Shown here in pieces: positions 14,001-27,808 of a stretch of DNA of 64,000 nt (position 1 is its first letter; each line of letters opens with the position of its first letter). Source of the DNA: Hypanus sabinus (lineage: Eukaryota); assembly GCF_030144855.1 (NCBI RefSeq), contig NW_026781435.1, forward strand, positions 1 through 64,000. The letters run 5' to 3'. The notes under the pieces are model-generated. The model was not told the DNA's origin and ran no database searches. It was given only the letters and a program-made list of their open reading frames with translations. The position numbers were made by a program, and so were the translations under genes.

Positions 14001-14135
14001 TGTGGATGGGATGGTTTGAAGGGATTTGGGCCAGGTGCAGGTCACTGGGACTATGCAGAAAAATGTTTCGGCAAAGCCAGGACGGACCAGAAGGTGTGTT
14101 TCTGTGCTGTAATGTTCTATGGTTCTATGGTTCAA
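11060..14135 (+). mobile_element. CR1 LINE, nearly full length, with internal deletions
   Basis: 5' UTR, SGNH-esterase ORF1 (GDSIVR; VVIHFGTNDIG) and ORF2 endonuclease/RT (DKSPGADTVFPR; LENYRPVHLTSVLGK; LEYCVQFWSP). (TTCTATGG)n 3' tail at about 14113-14132. Confidence 0.92.
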
Positions 14136-14139
14136 AACC

Positions 14140-15600
14140 GGCTGTAACGTCTCCAGGACTTCAGAGACTCCCACATTAGATTCTGAAAACTCCAGTCTCA
14201 CTTACAAGTACACAGCAGTCGGATAATCAGCAGCAATGATGCCCCAAATCTCCAGCGCACTGAATGGGGTCAAGCTCAATAGCTTAAGATACTGATGGTT
14301 AAACGAACGGTATAGTACCGTGACCTGCGAGCCCGTGTCGAGTATGTTTTCAGTACAGACTCTGCAGTGATACACTGAGCAGGTCCCACTGATCCCTCCG
14401 GAATCAGCTCTTTTGCTTTCGTGGTTTCTTTGATAAATTGCTGGGAACGTGCTCCCACAGAGACCCCAGGCCGTTCCCTCATTGAGTCTCCTCTACGTTT
14501 CCCGACACATCGCCCTGCTTGGATACCCAGGGACGCACCCTCCGAGGGGTTTCCTGCCTCTCACATTCCTGCCGGAAGTGGTCTTCTTCCCCACAGTTAT
14601 CGCGCACACATCCGGCCGCCCCTCCTTTTGCGGACCCCCCGCAGCTCGCAGCCCTCTGCTTTGTCTGTCACCTGAGTTGGAGGGTTGTCTCTCCCTATCA
14701 GTCCTGTCAAACTGAGGGTCCATACCTACTTTGTCCCCTAGGAGCTCCCTGTCAACCCAAAAGCACTCTCGAATGCCTCCAAATACTCAACGTTAGAGAC
14801 CGAGGGCTGGTTATCCTTCACGTCAAGAACTACCTCCGCCGCCACTCGCGGCAAACTTTCAACCAATTACTGTCGCTTTTCATCATCCGGGCACTGCCTC
14901 TCTCACTTAACATCTGCGAAGTTTGTTCTACCCATGTCTCATAATCCTCTTCACTTTCGTGGCTGGGCGTTATCCCAGAGAAAATTCTTATCTTCTGGCG
15001 GGGCCCCTTGACTTTCTGGCCAGGGAGGTAATGGCAGATGCCAAGTCGGAACTCTCACCTTTCGCTGGGGGACGGGAAATAAACAAGTTTTCCAAATCGG
15101 ACCACTCTTTCCACTCCACCCTCAGTAACGAGAGAATTCGTTCCCTAAGATCTTCGCCCTCATCCTCTGCCAACCCAGCTCGCTGACCTTCCACACTTCC
15201 CTCCTCTTAGTTTGCAGACGCCATAGTCCGGCCACTCCAGGAAACCAATAAACTCTGACAACTCCGCCCTCGTTCGTCCATGCTTGTCTGCACGAGCACT
15301 AGGTCTGTTCCGTTTCAAAGTCAATCTTTCGAGATACCATTTCGATTTTGCCATCAGCTTGAACCAAACTCAGACGTCGAAGGAACACTTCATCCAGGGT
15401 ACGAGCCTCTACTCAACTCAATACTCACGTATTGCTCAGTGGCAAACATGACGTCGCACTCCAATGCTCGAACGTGGCTGCCGCCATAACAACACAACTT
15501 TAAACAAGGCGATCACACAGCCGGACGGGACCCCACAAATATAAGACTGGCTCTATCAACTCACGTCCGCTAGGGGTAACGACATGAGGCCCTGTCAAAC
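14140..15600 (-). mobile_element. Truncated gypsy element: PNMA-like gag plus protease, PBS and short LTR stub
   Basis: ENILDTGSQVT protease motif near 14330 and gag-like LRERILSLLRVEWKEWSDLE. PBS-like TGGGGTCCCGTCCGG at 15521-15535. Confidence 0.75.
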
Positions 15601-15609
15601 TATGTTGTC

Positions 15610-17519
15610 ATGTTTGCACAGATGCTGTGTAATGCAGCCAGGTACAAGCCCAGGACGTATAATATCTGACAGTATTCAATGTATGATTAAATGATTACAC
15701 TTTTAAACTTATTTGGTTGTGTGCTTTAGTGAAACAAATAAAACAAAGGCGCCGCTCAATAAATTTATCAGTTTTGTACATAAAATAATTTGTTGGATCT
15801 TACCCCTTCCTCGTTCGTCCATAAACGACCTCGGAACCTCCGACAACACTGCGAACCATCGAATTCCGGTATCCGCCATCTTGGGATCGCCGAACGGTCC
15901 CGGACTCGCCCTTCCTTTTCACTCGCCTCATCGAGAAGCCCGCAAACACTCTCTCGGTTCGCATCATGCCAAAAAGTTCCCCGTTATCTGTAGTTATAAC
16001 CAAAACATCGCAGCTACAGAGAACCACACACCTCGTCGGATAATATTACAGAGAAGCCATTTCAATATAACACTAGCAAGAAGCCACTTTATTAGGTTTA
16101 ACAGTTAACATTCCGCTTAATATTACTGAGAACCCGACTTCAGAATCCATTTCCAGGCGTCAGGGATATAATAGAATTCTTTATCAAACTAGTAATCTGC
16201 ATACTCTTCCTGCTTCGGGCCTCACAGGCACGTAGCATGAACAACAAGTCCAGGAGGGTCCTGCCTTTTAACTTCGCTCTTAACTCCCGGAAATGGCAGT
16301 GCAGTACTTCGTCACTCATCGTACCTCTGTCACTGGTAACACAATGGGCCACGATTTCGAGCTGTTCACACACCTAGTTCAGATTGCCACATGGGAGCTG
16401 TGCCGCCATCCCCCCGCCAAGCCACACACACAGACACCGCTCAACACCCACTACACTTCTGACTCACAGAGTCAAACTGACTGCATGAGACCCGAACACT
16501 GTGACTGAACACATTTCGGTGATTCTCCTGCCCTCCAAACTCTGCAATGGTGTCCAAAATGTGCAGGAATTTGCCATATGGGAGTTGTGCCCTGGCCCCT
16601 TCAGACGTTTCGCTTTCCTGATTGTCACACAGTCTCCTGTGCCCTGTGCCCTCGGTGTAAAATTTTCCGCTATGACTTGTCTCTCTTTTCTGCCTCCCGA
16701 ATGATCCGAGCTCGTCCAGTTCCAGCTCCACACCCTGAGCGCCGATTGTTAGAAATTGCAGATGAAGGCAGCTCTCGCAGTTGTAATCATTAGGGCCACT
16801 GGAGATCTCCAGGCCTTCCCAGATCCCGCAAGAGGAGCATGCATCTATCCTGCCTGGCATCTCAGTCATTCCATCTGATCAGATATGATGAATGGACGGA
16901 AAAAGAAAGTCTTAAACAAGTGCTTTTTCTTTATTTTGCCTCCTTTGACTGAAGCCTCCCTGAGCTGACGCCTCGGCGAGCAGAAGCCTGGAGATCACCT
17001 GCTTGACGGTCCATTCAGGCGATGGCTTCTACAGCTGACCCTTCCATCCTCCTGCTGATGAAACTATATATGCAATAATTATTTTATCTGTTTATATTAT
17101 CTTTATTGATTTTATTCATTTGCTGTGTGTACCTTCATTTACAGACTTGTTGTATGTCAGCGCCTGGCTGCGAGTCTCAATTTTGTGTCTGTTTACAGAC
17201 TCGGCTGACATCGGTGCCAGCCATTTGCTGGGAATATTGGATACACTTCCAGTCTGCGTATGTATTGCTTCACTGAAGGACTGCAAATAAAGGGTTAAAT
17301 GCACCTGTCACTCGGTAGAACTTAATTAAGTGAGTGTCCGTGGGGATTGTCGACGTCACCGCGGAGCTGGGGCTGCTCGTTACCTGTTCTATTAATATGT
17401 ATCCACGACCACGACAGTTTCAGTGAGTGCCGCTATTCTCTTCGATCAGAGACCAGCGGGATCTGGATAGAGAGAGGACGGAGGCTGGATCGGGAACCGG
17501 TACCTGGAGTATCCCAGCA
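15610..17519 (+). repeat. Upstream block of a receptor unit, paralogous to about 42820-44960
   Basis: Colinear similarity over about 2 kb, including a shared antisense CR1 ORF1 remnant (about 16140-16900 vs 43330-44200) and the proximal promoter. Confidence 0.85.
17301..17399 (+). promoter_or_regulatory. Putative proximal promoter of the split receptor gene
   Basis: CACCTGTCA (E-box), TAATTAA (17323-17329), GATTGTCGACGTCAC (17345-17359, CRE-like) and TATTAATATG (17390-17399). Same order and near-identical spacing as at 44738-44834. Confidence 0.6.
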
Positions 17520-17664
17520 ATGGATCATAAACTGCGAAATCAAGCCCTGAATACCGCGGGAATAGCGAAGTACTATTCCTGGGATTTGGATCTTCGAATC
17601 GAGCGAGTGCTAAAGAATTTACAACTGGTTTACTACCCTGTACTCGCCATTGTAGCTGTTCCTG
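17520..17664 (+). CDS. GPR139-like: GPR139-like receptor exon 1 (N-terminus and start of TM1), open but separated from its exon 2
   Basis: MDHKLRNQALNTAGIAKYYSWDLDLRIERVLKNLQLVYYPVLAIVAVP plus G, then GTAAGT. 145 nt, phase 1, homologous to 44961-45132. Confidence 0.85.
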
Positions 17665-17789
17665 GTAAGTGTATAGTCTCTTTCTCTTGATTAACGTTGA
17701 AAAATTATAAGCCAACTTTTGTTTCATATTTGTCCTCAAACGACACGCTAATCGCCAGGCAGGTCTCTCAAATGGGTATCGCTTCAGCA

Positions 17790-18517
17790 AATATCGGTTG
17801 AATGCATTTGATAAGGTGCTCCATGCAAGGCTTATTGAGAAAGTAAAGAGTCATGGGATGAAAGAGGACACTGCTTTGTTGACTACAACTGGCTTGCCCA
17901 CAGAAGTTAAAGTGTGGTTGCAGACGCGTCATGTTCTGCATGAAGTTCTGTGATCTTGGGACGTTGCTGTTCTAATGCATAGGACTCTCGAAGCTGCTAC
18001 GGAGGTTGACCCTACAGTTAGGAAGGCAGACGCTGAATTGGCCTTCATCAATGGAGTGATTGAATTTCAGAGCCGAGATGTAATTTTGCAGCTATATAAG
18101 ACCCTCGTCAGACAGCACTGGGAGTACTGTGGCCTCACAACAGGAAGCAGGTGGAGACCATAGAAAGGGTGCAAATGATATAGCCTGGACTGGGGAACAT
18201 GCCTTATGAAAATAGTTTGAGTGAACAGAGTCTATACACATTAGAGCGACGGGGTGTAATATACGACATGATAGGGGTGTGCAAGATGATGACAGGCATT
18301 CATCATGTGGATAGTCAGAGGCTATTATCCCAGAGCGGAAATGGCTTGCACGAGAGGGCACAGTTTTAAGGTGCTTGGAGTCGTCGAGAACAGATGTCAG
18401 AAGCACGTTTTTACGCAGAGAGTTTTGAGAGCTTTAAATGGGCTGCTGGCGACGTTTGTGGAGGTTGATCCGATAGGGTCTTTTAAGAGTCTCCTGGATA
18501 AATATATAAACATATAA
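17790..18517 (+). mobile_element. Old CR1 RT/3' fragment in the intron, shared with the intron of the intact gene
   Basis: FDKVLHARL and EFQSRDVILQLYKTLVRQHWEYC remnants. Homologous pieces at about 45270-48430. Confidence 0.75.
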
Positions 18518-18519
18518 CA

Positions 18520-21500
18520 ATCACAGCAAGGAAACAGGCCATCTCGGCCCTCCTCCTCCGTGCCGAACTCTTAATCTCACCTAGTCCGACCTACCCGCAC
18601 TCAGCCCATAACCCTCCACTCCTTTCATGTCCATATAACTATCCAATTTTACCTTAAATAACATAACTGAACTGGCCTCTACTACTTCTACAGGAAGCTC
18701 ATTCCACACAGCTATCACTCTCTGAGTAAAGAAATACCCTCTCGTGTTTCCCTTAAACTTCTGACCCCTAACTCTCAAATCATGTCCTCTCGTTTGAATC
18801 TCCACTACTCTCAATGGAAACAGCCTATTCACGTCAACTCTATCTATCCCTCTCAAAATTTTAAATACCTCGATCAAATCCCCCCTCAACCTTCTAGAGA
18901 CCTAACTTGTTCAACCTTTCTCTGTAACTTAAGTGCCGAAACCCAGGTAACATCCTATTAAATCGTCTCTGCACTCTCTCTAATTTATTGATATCTTTCC
19001 TATAATTCGGTGACCAGAACTGCGCACAATATTCTAAATTTGACCTTACCAATGCCTTGTACAGTTGTACCATTACATTCCAACTTCTGTACTCAATGCT
19101 TTGATTTCTAAAGGCCAGCGTTCCAAAAGCCTTCTTCACCACCCTATCTACATGAGACTCCACCTTCAGGGAACTATGCACTGTTATTCCTAGATCTCTC
19201 TGTTGCCTCTGCATTCCTCAATGCCCTACCATTTACCCTGTATTTTCTATTTGGATTATTCCTGCCAAAATGTAGAACTTCACACTTCTCAGCATTAAAC
19301 TCTATCTGCCAACGTTCAGCCCATTCTTCTAACCTGCATAAATCTCCCGGCACGCCTAGAAAACCCACCTCATTATCCACAACACCTCCTACCTTAGTAT
19401 CATTGGCATATTTACTAATCCAATTTACCACCCCATCATCCAGATCATTTATGTATATTACACACAGCATTGGGCCCAAAACAGATCCTGAGGCACCCCG
19501 CTGTTAACCGGCCTCCATCCCGATAAACAATTATCCACCACTACTCTCTGGCATCTCCCATCTAGACAGTATTGAATCCATTTTATTACACCAGCATTAA
19601 TACCTAATGACTGAACCTTCTTAACTAACCTTCCATGTGGAGCTTTATCAAAGGCTTTGCTGAAGTCCATATAGACTATATCCACTGCCTTACCCTTATC
19701 AACATTCCTCGTAACTTCTTCAAAAAATTCAATGTTTGTCAAACATGAACTTCCACGCACAAATCAATGCTGGCTACTCCCAATCAGGGCCTGTCTATCG
19801 AGATAATTATTAATACTATCTCTAAGCATACTTTCCATTAATTTACCCACCACTGATGTCAAACGGACAGGGCTATAATTGCTAGGGTTACTTCTAGAAC
19901 CCTTTCAAAACAATGGAACCACAAGAGCAATACGCCAATCCTCCGGCACAATCCCCGTTTCTAATGACATCTTAAAGATTTCCGACAGAGCTCCTGCTAT
20001 TTCTACACAAACTTCCCTCAAGGTCCTGGGGAATATCCTGTCTGGACGCGGAGATTTATCCACGTTTAAATTTCTTCAAAGCACCAGTACTTCCACATCT
20101 TTAATTGTCATAGGTTCCATAACTTTCTTACTTGTTTCCCACACCTTACACAATTCAATATCCTTCTCCTTAGTGAATACCGAAAAGGAGAAATCGTTCA
20201 GAATCTCTCCTATCTCCCTCGGCTCCACACATAGCTGACCACTCTGATTCTCTAAGGGGCCAATTTTATCCCTCACTATCCTCTTGCTTTTCATATAACT
20301 GTATAATCCATTTGGATTTACTTTCACCTTATTTGCCAAACCAACCTCCAATCTTCTTTTAGCTTTTCTAATCTCTTTCTTAAGATTCCTTTTACATTCT
20401 TTATATTCCTCGAGCAATTCCTTTACTCCATGCTGCCTATATCTACTGTATACATCCCTCTTTTTCCGAACCAAATTTCTAATATCCTTTGTAAGCCATG
20501 GTGCTTTCAAACCTTTAACCTTTCCTTTCAACCTAACAGGAACAGAAAGATTCTGTACCCTCATAATTTCACCCTTAAATGACCTCCATTCCTCCATTAC
20601 ATCCTTCCTAAAAAACAACTTGATCCAATCCACTGTCTCTAAATCACTTCGCATCTCCTCAAAGTTAGCCTTTCTCCAATCAAAAATCTCAACTCTAGGT
20701 CCTGTCCTGTCCTTCTCCATAATTATATTGAATCTAATGCTATTGGGATCACTGGACCCGAAGTGCTCCCCAACACATACATCTGTCAGCTGACCTATCG
20801 CATTTCCTAACAGTAGATCCAACACTGCCCCATCTCCATTCGGTACTTCTATGTATTGTTGCAAACAAACTATCCTTCACACATTTCACAAACTCTAGCC
20901 ATCCAGCCCTTTTACAGAATGAGCTCCCCAGTCTACGTGTGGAAAATTTAAATCTCCCACAATCACCACCTTGTGTTTACTACAAATATCTGCTATCTCC
21001 TTACACATTTGCTCTTCCAACTCACGCTCCCCCTTAGGTGGCCTATATTACACTCCTATCAGTGTTACTACCCCCTTCCCATTCCTCAATTCCACCCAAA
21101 TAGCCTTCCTAGAGGACCTCTCTAATCTATCCTTCCAAAGCAACGCCATAAGATTTTCTCGGACAAGCAATGCAACACCTCCTCCTCGGGCCCCTCCTAC
21201 TCTATCGCACCTGGCTACTGAATCCAGTAATATTTAGTTGCCAATCACTCCCTTCCTGCAACCATGTTTCACTAATAGCTACAATATCATAATTCCTGGT
21301 ATCAATCCACGCTGTAAGCTCATCCACCTTTCTTACTATGCTCCGAGCATTAAAATAGATACATTTAAGATACTCTCCTCTCTTTTCATCCCTAAGAATG
21401 CATTCAAATTTATTATCCTTTTCATTCTTCTCCCCCACATCTTCGGGCTGAGCGCATCCCTTCTCCATCACCTGTCTTTCCTCCCTCACACACTGTCTAT

Positions 21501-22200
21501 TTACTTGCTCTACTGGCGAACTAACTTCCTCTCCTATGGTTTCCTCAAATTGATACCCGCCCCCAACCCCATCTTACTAGTTTAAAGTCTGCCCTGTAGC
21601 CCTAGCAAACCTCCCCGCTAGGATATTGGTCCCCCCAGGATTCATGTGTAACCCGTCCTTCTTGAACAGGTCACACCTGCCCCAGAAGAGGTCCCAATGA
21701 TCCAGAAACATGAATCCTTGCCCCCTGCTCCAATCCCACAACCACGCAACCATCTTCCACCTAATTCCATTCCTACACTCACTGTCGCGTGGCACAGGCA
21801 TTAATCCCGAGATTACTACCTTTGCGGTCCTTCTTCTTGACTGCCTTCCTAACTCCCTATACTCTCGTTTCAGGACCTCTTCCCCTTTCTTACCTACGTC
21901 ATTGGTACCTACATGTACCACGACCTCTGGATCTTCACCCTCCCACTTCAGGATATCTTGGACGCGATCAGAAACGTCCCGAACCCAGGCACCAGGGAGT
22001 CAAATTACCATCCGGGACTCACGATCACCTCCACAGAACCGCCTGTCTGATCCCCTGACTATCGAGTCCCCTATTACTATGGTCCTCTTTCTTCTATCCA
22101 TACCCTTCTGAGCTATATGGCCGTCCTCTGTGCCGGAGACCCGGCCACTGTCACTTCCACCAGGAAGGCTGTTCCCCCCCCCCCAACAGTACTCAAACAT
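18520..22200 (-). mobile_element. CR1 LINE (ORF1 esterase and ORF2), 5'-truncated, antisense in the intron
   Basis: Long ORF2 pieces (262, 106, 102, 101 and 100 aa; YLKCIYFNARSIVRK, FSKAFDKAPHGRL, ISKYANDTK) and ORF1 GDSIVRGSDRRFCG / VHVGTNDVG. Confidence 0.95.
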
Positions 22201-23699
22201 GAGAAACATGAGTTACATGGAACTTAGAATAATGGAGATGTATGGGTAAATACGAGGAAATCTACAGATGCTGGAAATTCAAACAATAACACACACAAAA
22301 TGCTGGTGGAACACAACAGGCCAGGCAGCATCTCCGCAGCGCTCGGGCTGTCGGGATCCCGGTTAATTTTCGGTCAGGCAAACGTTATCTCTGCATCTTC
22401 TCCTCTCAAACACTTCCACCAACTGACCTTTCATACACATTCACTCCAAGAGAAGCAAGTCTGAGCGCACACAAACTCTGATCATAGGGAATGCTGTCCA
22501 ATCCAGTCAGATCTCTGCTGAATTCCTTCTGCGCTTCCTGTTAAGCTTACACGTCCCTCCTCTACTGAGGTGACCAGGACTTCTGATCTTTACGGCCCCA
22601 TAGAGATGAGTCCAGTTGTGTCAAGGCAGGATTAATCGACTTTGTGGAAGTTTGCTGGAAGGGGCCGCATCGCTGAATTAATTAAATAAATAAATAAATA
22701 GATGTCCTCATTTGTTATGGAGAATGAGGTCACGCTTGCATCATAACTGTCATGATCTATTGCCGCACAAAGGCTGCCGAGGAAACCGAGAGCCTGCAGA
22801 GGAATATAAATAGGATACGCGAATACACTAGCGTCTGGTGGATGCAGTAAAAAGTTGGAAATTACGAGGTCATCCACTTGGGAAGGACAAGTGGAGGAAC
22901 AAGAGATAAACAATTACAGGATGCTGCTGTGCGTAGGGACTTTTTTTCAAACACAAAAAGTTTGGTTTGCAGGTGCAGCATATCTGATGTTCGCCTTTGT
23001 AGCCAGAGGGAATGAATGTTCGAGCAGGGATGTTCTGCTGCATCTGCACAAGGTACTGGTGTGGATGCGTCAGCACTACCGTGCATTTCTGGCCTCCGAA
23101 CTTCAGTAAAGATAAACTGGCTGTGTAGATGGTTCACCGGCCGATTGCACATCGTGGTTCGACTATGACGAGTAATTGAGTCGCCCGGAACTGTACTCGT
23201 CGGAATCCAGAAGTATTATAGGAGATCAGATAAAAACATAAAGTTTTGAAAGCGATAGATAAGGTAGTGGCAGGAAAGTTGATACCACTGGTAGGTGAGA
23301 CTCGAAGTAAGGGACAGAGCCTGAAGATTCTGGGGAGTAAGTTTAGGACACTGATGACGGGGAGCTTCTTCTCCCAGCGGTTGGGGAATCTGTGGGATTC
23401 TCTGCTCAATCAATCAGTGGAGGCGACCGCAGTTGATATACATAAACAGCCTGGCATATCGTTTTGCATAGTGGAACGATTAAGGGCTGTGAAGAAAAGG
23501 CATGTTTGCGGCGATGAGCCCGATCAGATCAACCATGGTCACCATCATTGCCGTAGCATGCTAGTCCGAACAGATGGACTTTTCCTACTCCAATTGCTAA
23601 TATTCCGATATTCTCATGTTCCCGCATGTTTGCAGTTGAGGGGAGTTGAATTTATGTAAGCGTGGCACTTGGAAAATTAGTCAGTTCGTTATTAAATAT

Positions 23700-26600
23700 A
23701 TAACAATTACACCTCGGATACAAGCCATCTCGACCCTTCTAGTCCGTGCCGAGCGCTTACTCTCACCTAGTCCCACCGACGCGCACTCAGCCCATAACCC
23801 TCCATTCCTTTCCTGACCATATACCTATCCAATTTTACATTAAATGACAAAGCTGAACCTGCCTCTAACACTTCTACTGGAAGCTCGTTCCACACAGCTA
23901 CCTCTCCCTGAGTAAAGAATTCCCCCTTGTGTTACCCCTAATCTTTTTCCCTTAACTCTCAACTCAGATTCAAACTTTTGTCCTCTTGTTTGAATCTCCC
24001 CTAATCTCAATGTAAAAAGCCTATCTACGTCATCTCTGTCCATTGCCTTCATAAATTTAAATACCTCTATCAAATTCCCCTCAGCCTTCTCTGCTCTAAA
24101 GAATAAATAACTAACTTGTTCAAACAATCTCTATAAGTTAGATGCTAAAACCCAGGTAACATTCTAGTAAATCTCCTCTGTACTCCATCTAATTTAATGA
24201 CATCTTTCCTATAGTTCGGTGACCAGAACTGTACACAATACCCCAAATTCGGCCTCACCAATGCCTTGTAGAATTTTAACATAACATCCCAACGCCTATA
24301 CTCAATGCTCTGATTGATAAAGGCCAACATACCAAAAGCATTATTCATCATCCTACACACCTGAGAATCCACATTCAGGGAACTATGCACCATTATTCGA
24401 AGATCACTCTGCTCTACTGCATTCATCGATGCCCTATCATTGACCATATATGTCATATTTTGATTATTCCTAACAAAACGTAGCACCTCAGACTTACCAG
24501 CATTAAACTCCATCTGCCATGTTTATGTCCACTCTTCTAACTAGCCTAAATCTCTCTGCAAGCTTTGGAAACCTACTTCATGATCCACAACGCCACCTAT
24601 CTTAGCATCATCTGCATACTTGCTAATCCAGTTTATCACCCCATCACACAGATCAATAATGTATATGACAAACAATATTGGATCCCGATGATCCAATGTA
24701 CAGATCCCTGAGCACACCACTAGTCACCTGCTCCTAATCAGACCCTGTCTATCAAGATCATGAGACATACCGTCTCTACTGACGTCAAACCTACAGGCCG
24801 ATAATTGCTAGGTTTACTCTTAGAATCCTTTGTGAACAATGGAACCTCATAAGCAATGCGCCAATCCTCTGGCACCATCCTCGTTTCTAATGACATTTGA
24901 ATTATTTCTGTCAGAGCTATTGCTATTTCTACACCAACTTCTCTCAGGGTCCTAGGGAATGACCTGTCAGGATCCGGAGACTTATCCACTTTTACATCCT
25001 TTCGAAACTCTGGTACTTCCTCTCGTTTAATCATCATAGTTGCCAGAACTACCCTTCCTGTTTCCTTTATGTTACACAATACAATATCCTTGTCCTTAGT
25101 GAATACCGATGAAAAGAAACTGTTCAAAGTCTGCCCCCGTTTCTTTTGGCTCCACACATAGCTGTCCACTCGGATTCTCTAAGGGACCAATTTTATCCCT
25201 CACTAGCCTTTTGCTCTAATATAACTGTAGAAACCCTTTGGATTTAATTTCACCTTACCTGCCAAAGCAACCTTATATCTTCTTTTAGCTTTTCTAATTT
25301 CTTTCTTAAGATTCTTCTTACGTTCTTTGTATTCCTTCAGCACCTCATTTACTCCATGCTGCCGATACCTACTGTAGATCTTCCTCTTTTTCCGAATCAA
25401 TCTTCCAATTTCCCTTGAAAACAATGGGTCTCTGAAACGTTTAACCCTTTCTTTCAATTTAACAGGAACAATAAGGTTCTGTACTCTCAAAATGTCAAGT
25501 TTAAATGACCTCAATTTCTTTATTGCATCCTTTCCATAACGCAAGTTGTCCCAATCCACTCCTTCTAAACCCTTTCGCATCTCCTCAAAGTTAGCCTTTC
25601 TCCAATAAAACAAAAATCAAGCCTGGGTCCAGTCCTATTCTTCTCCATAATTATATTGAAACTAATGGTATTGTGATCACTGGACTCGAAGTGCTCCCCA
25701 ACGCATACCTCCCTCAGGTGACCTATCTCATTCCCTTACAGAAGATCCAGAACTGTCCCTTCTCCAGTCGGTACCTTAATGTATTGCTGCAAAAAACTAT
25801 CCTGCACTCAGTTTACAAACTCCAGACCATCCAGCCCTTTTACAGAATGGGCTCCCCAGTCTCTGTGTGGAAAATCAAAGTCTTCCACAATCACAACCTT
25901 GCACTTACGACAAATATCTGCTATCTCCATAAAAATTTGTTCCTCCAATTCTCGCTACCAATTAGGTGTTTTATAATACACCCCTGTAATTTGGACTACA
26001 ACTTTCCCATTGCTCAGTTCCACTCAAATAGCCTCCCTAGATAAGCCATCTATTCTGTCCAGCCAAAGCACCTCAGTAATATTTTCTCAGACAAGCAATG
26101 CAACAACTCCTCTGCTTGCCCCTCCGATTCTATTACACCTGAAGCAACGAAATCCTGGACTATTTAGATGCCAATCACACCCCTCCTGCAACCATGTTTC
26201 ACAAATAGCTACTCCATCATATTTCCAGATATCAATCCATGCTCTAAGCTCATCCAACTTTCTTACAATGATGCTCCTAGCATTAATATAGATGCTTTTA
26301 AGAAACTGTGCACCTCTTCCTCTCTGTTTATCCCTTCCGATTCCATCAACGCTATCATCTTTTTCTTCCTTCTCCCTACATTTTTGGTCTGAGCTCTCCC
26401 ATTCTCCATCAGTAGCCTAACATCCCTAACACACTTTCGACGAGCGTTCTTTATTTCTGAACTAACGTCCTCTCCCGTAGTCTCTTCAAATTGATTCCCA
26501 CCACCAACCATTCTAGTTCAATGTCTCCCCAGTAGCCTTATCAAATTTCCCCGCCAGGATATTAGTCCTCCGAGGATTCAAGTGTAACCCGAGATTACAA

Positions 26601-27100
26601 CCATTGCGGTCCTTCTTCTCAACGGCTTTCCTAACACCCTATAGTCTCCTTTCATGACCTCTTCCCTTTTCCTATCTTTGTCATTGGCACCTATACGTAC
26701 CACGACTTCTGGATCCTCACCCTCACACTTGAGGATATCTTGGACGCGATCAGAAACATCCCGAACCCGGGCTCCATGGAGGCAAATTACCATCCGAGTC
26801 TCCTGACCGCGTACACAGAATGGCCTATATGACCCCCTAACGATCGAGTCCCCTATTACTACTACCTTCATGTTCATTTCGTTGCCCTTCCTCTTCCTTT
26901 CCTTATCCTTCTGAGCTACAGGGTCGGACTCTGTGCCGGAGGCACGGCCACTGTTGCTTCCCCAAGGTAGGCTCTCCCCCTCAGCAGTACTCAAACAGGA
27001 GTACTTATTGTCAAGGGGTACAGCCACTGGGGTAATCTCTAGTAATCCCTTTTTAAATATTCCCCGCTTCACTGCCCGACGTCACACTCCTGCGCAGAGT
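23700..27100 (-). mobile_element. Second antisense CR1 LINE with internal deletions
   Basis: ORF1 VVVIGDSIVRGS; ORF2 SKPSNYRPVGLTSV and LGYCVQFWSPNYRKD. RT is shortened at about 24730. Confidence 0.92.
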
Positions 27101-27324
27101 TTTATCCTCTTAAAATTTACACTTTGCAAATGATTCTTATGGCGTCAAGATTAGAATACATCCCAGCCATCGAATGATATCACTGCTTAGCCCATCATGA
27201 ATTCGGCTAATCCAGAACTGAGCCTTCGCCGCCATTCAATAATAGCTAATTTATCATCACTTCCAGACATATTCTGACGCCCTTTCCGCGTATTAATTGA
27301 AGCCACGACGAATCAAGAGCCGAT

Positions 27325-27808
27325 TTCCCTATCTATGGAGACAGCATTACTTCTGATACATTCAATCCTCACCCCAATATTCCCCTTTGCCTTCATTCTG
27401 CTGCTCAACTGTTTAACCATCAGGTACGTTTTAGTGGCCAGCCGAGTCCGTAGGGGACTCCGTGGTACGCACGATGGGGAGACGCCCGCCGACCCTGAGA
27501 TGAAGAACCGCAGGCAATCTCTCTTGTTACTGCTGGTGATGTCGGGGAATTTCATATTCCTGTGGGCTCTGTTGACGGTGTTTTCCATATGGGAGGGTCT
27601 GATGTATTACATTGTCCGGATGCCCCCATTTTCTCTGCAGCATTTGGGCTACATGCTGCAAATAATGAGCTGCTGCACGAACTCGGCCCTTTACGCCGTG
27701 ATCCAGGCCAGGTTCAGGGTTCAGCTGAAGGAGACAGTCAAATCGCCCTTACGTCACATGGCAAAGTTCATTCGACAAAGTTGTGTGGACGGCATTAATC
27801 CTCGGTGA
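27325..27808 (+). pseudogene. GPR139-like: GPR139-like exon 2 fragment (ECL2 end, TM5-TM7, C-tail); no acceptor and no TM1-TM4
   Basis: Open frame METALLLIHSILTPIFPFAFILLLNCLTIRYVLVASR...MKNRRQSLLLLLVMSGNF...CCTNSALYAVIQARFR...GINPR*, colinear with about 49637-50118. Abuts intron sequence at 27324. Confidence 0.9.

Noticed and set aside
27310-27335. Simple ~810-bp deletion as the cause of the truncated exon 2
   Set aside because: The missing intron continuation is present, inverted, starting exactly at 32813, so an inversion explains both junctions better.
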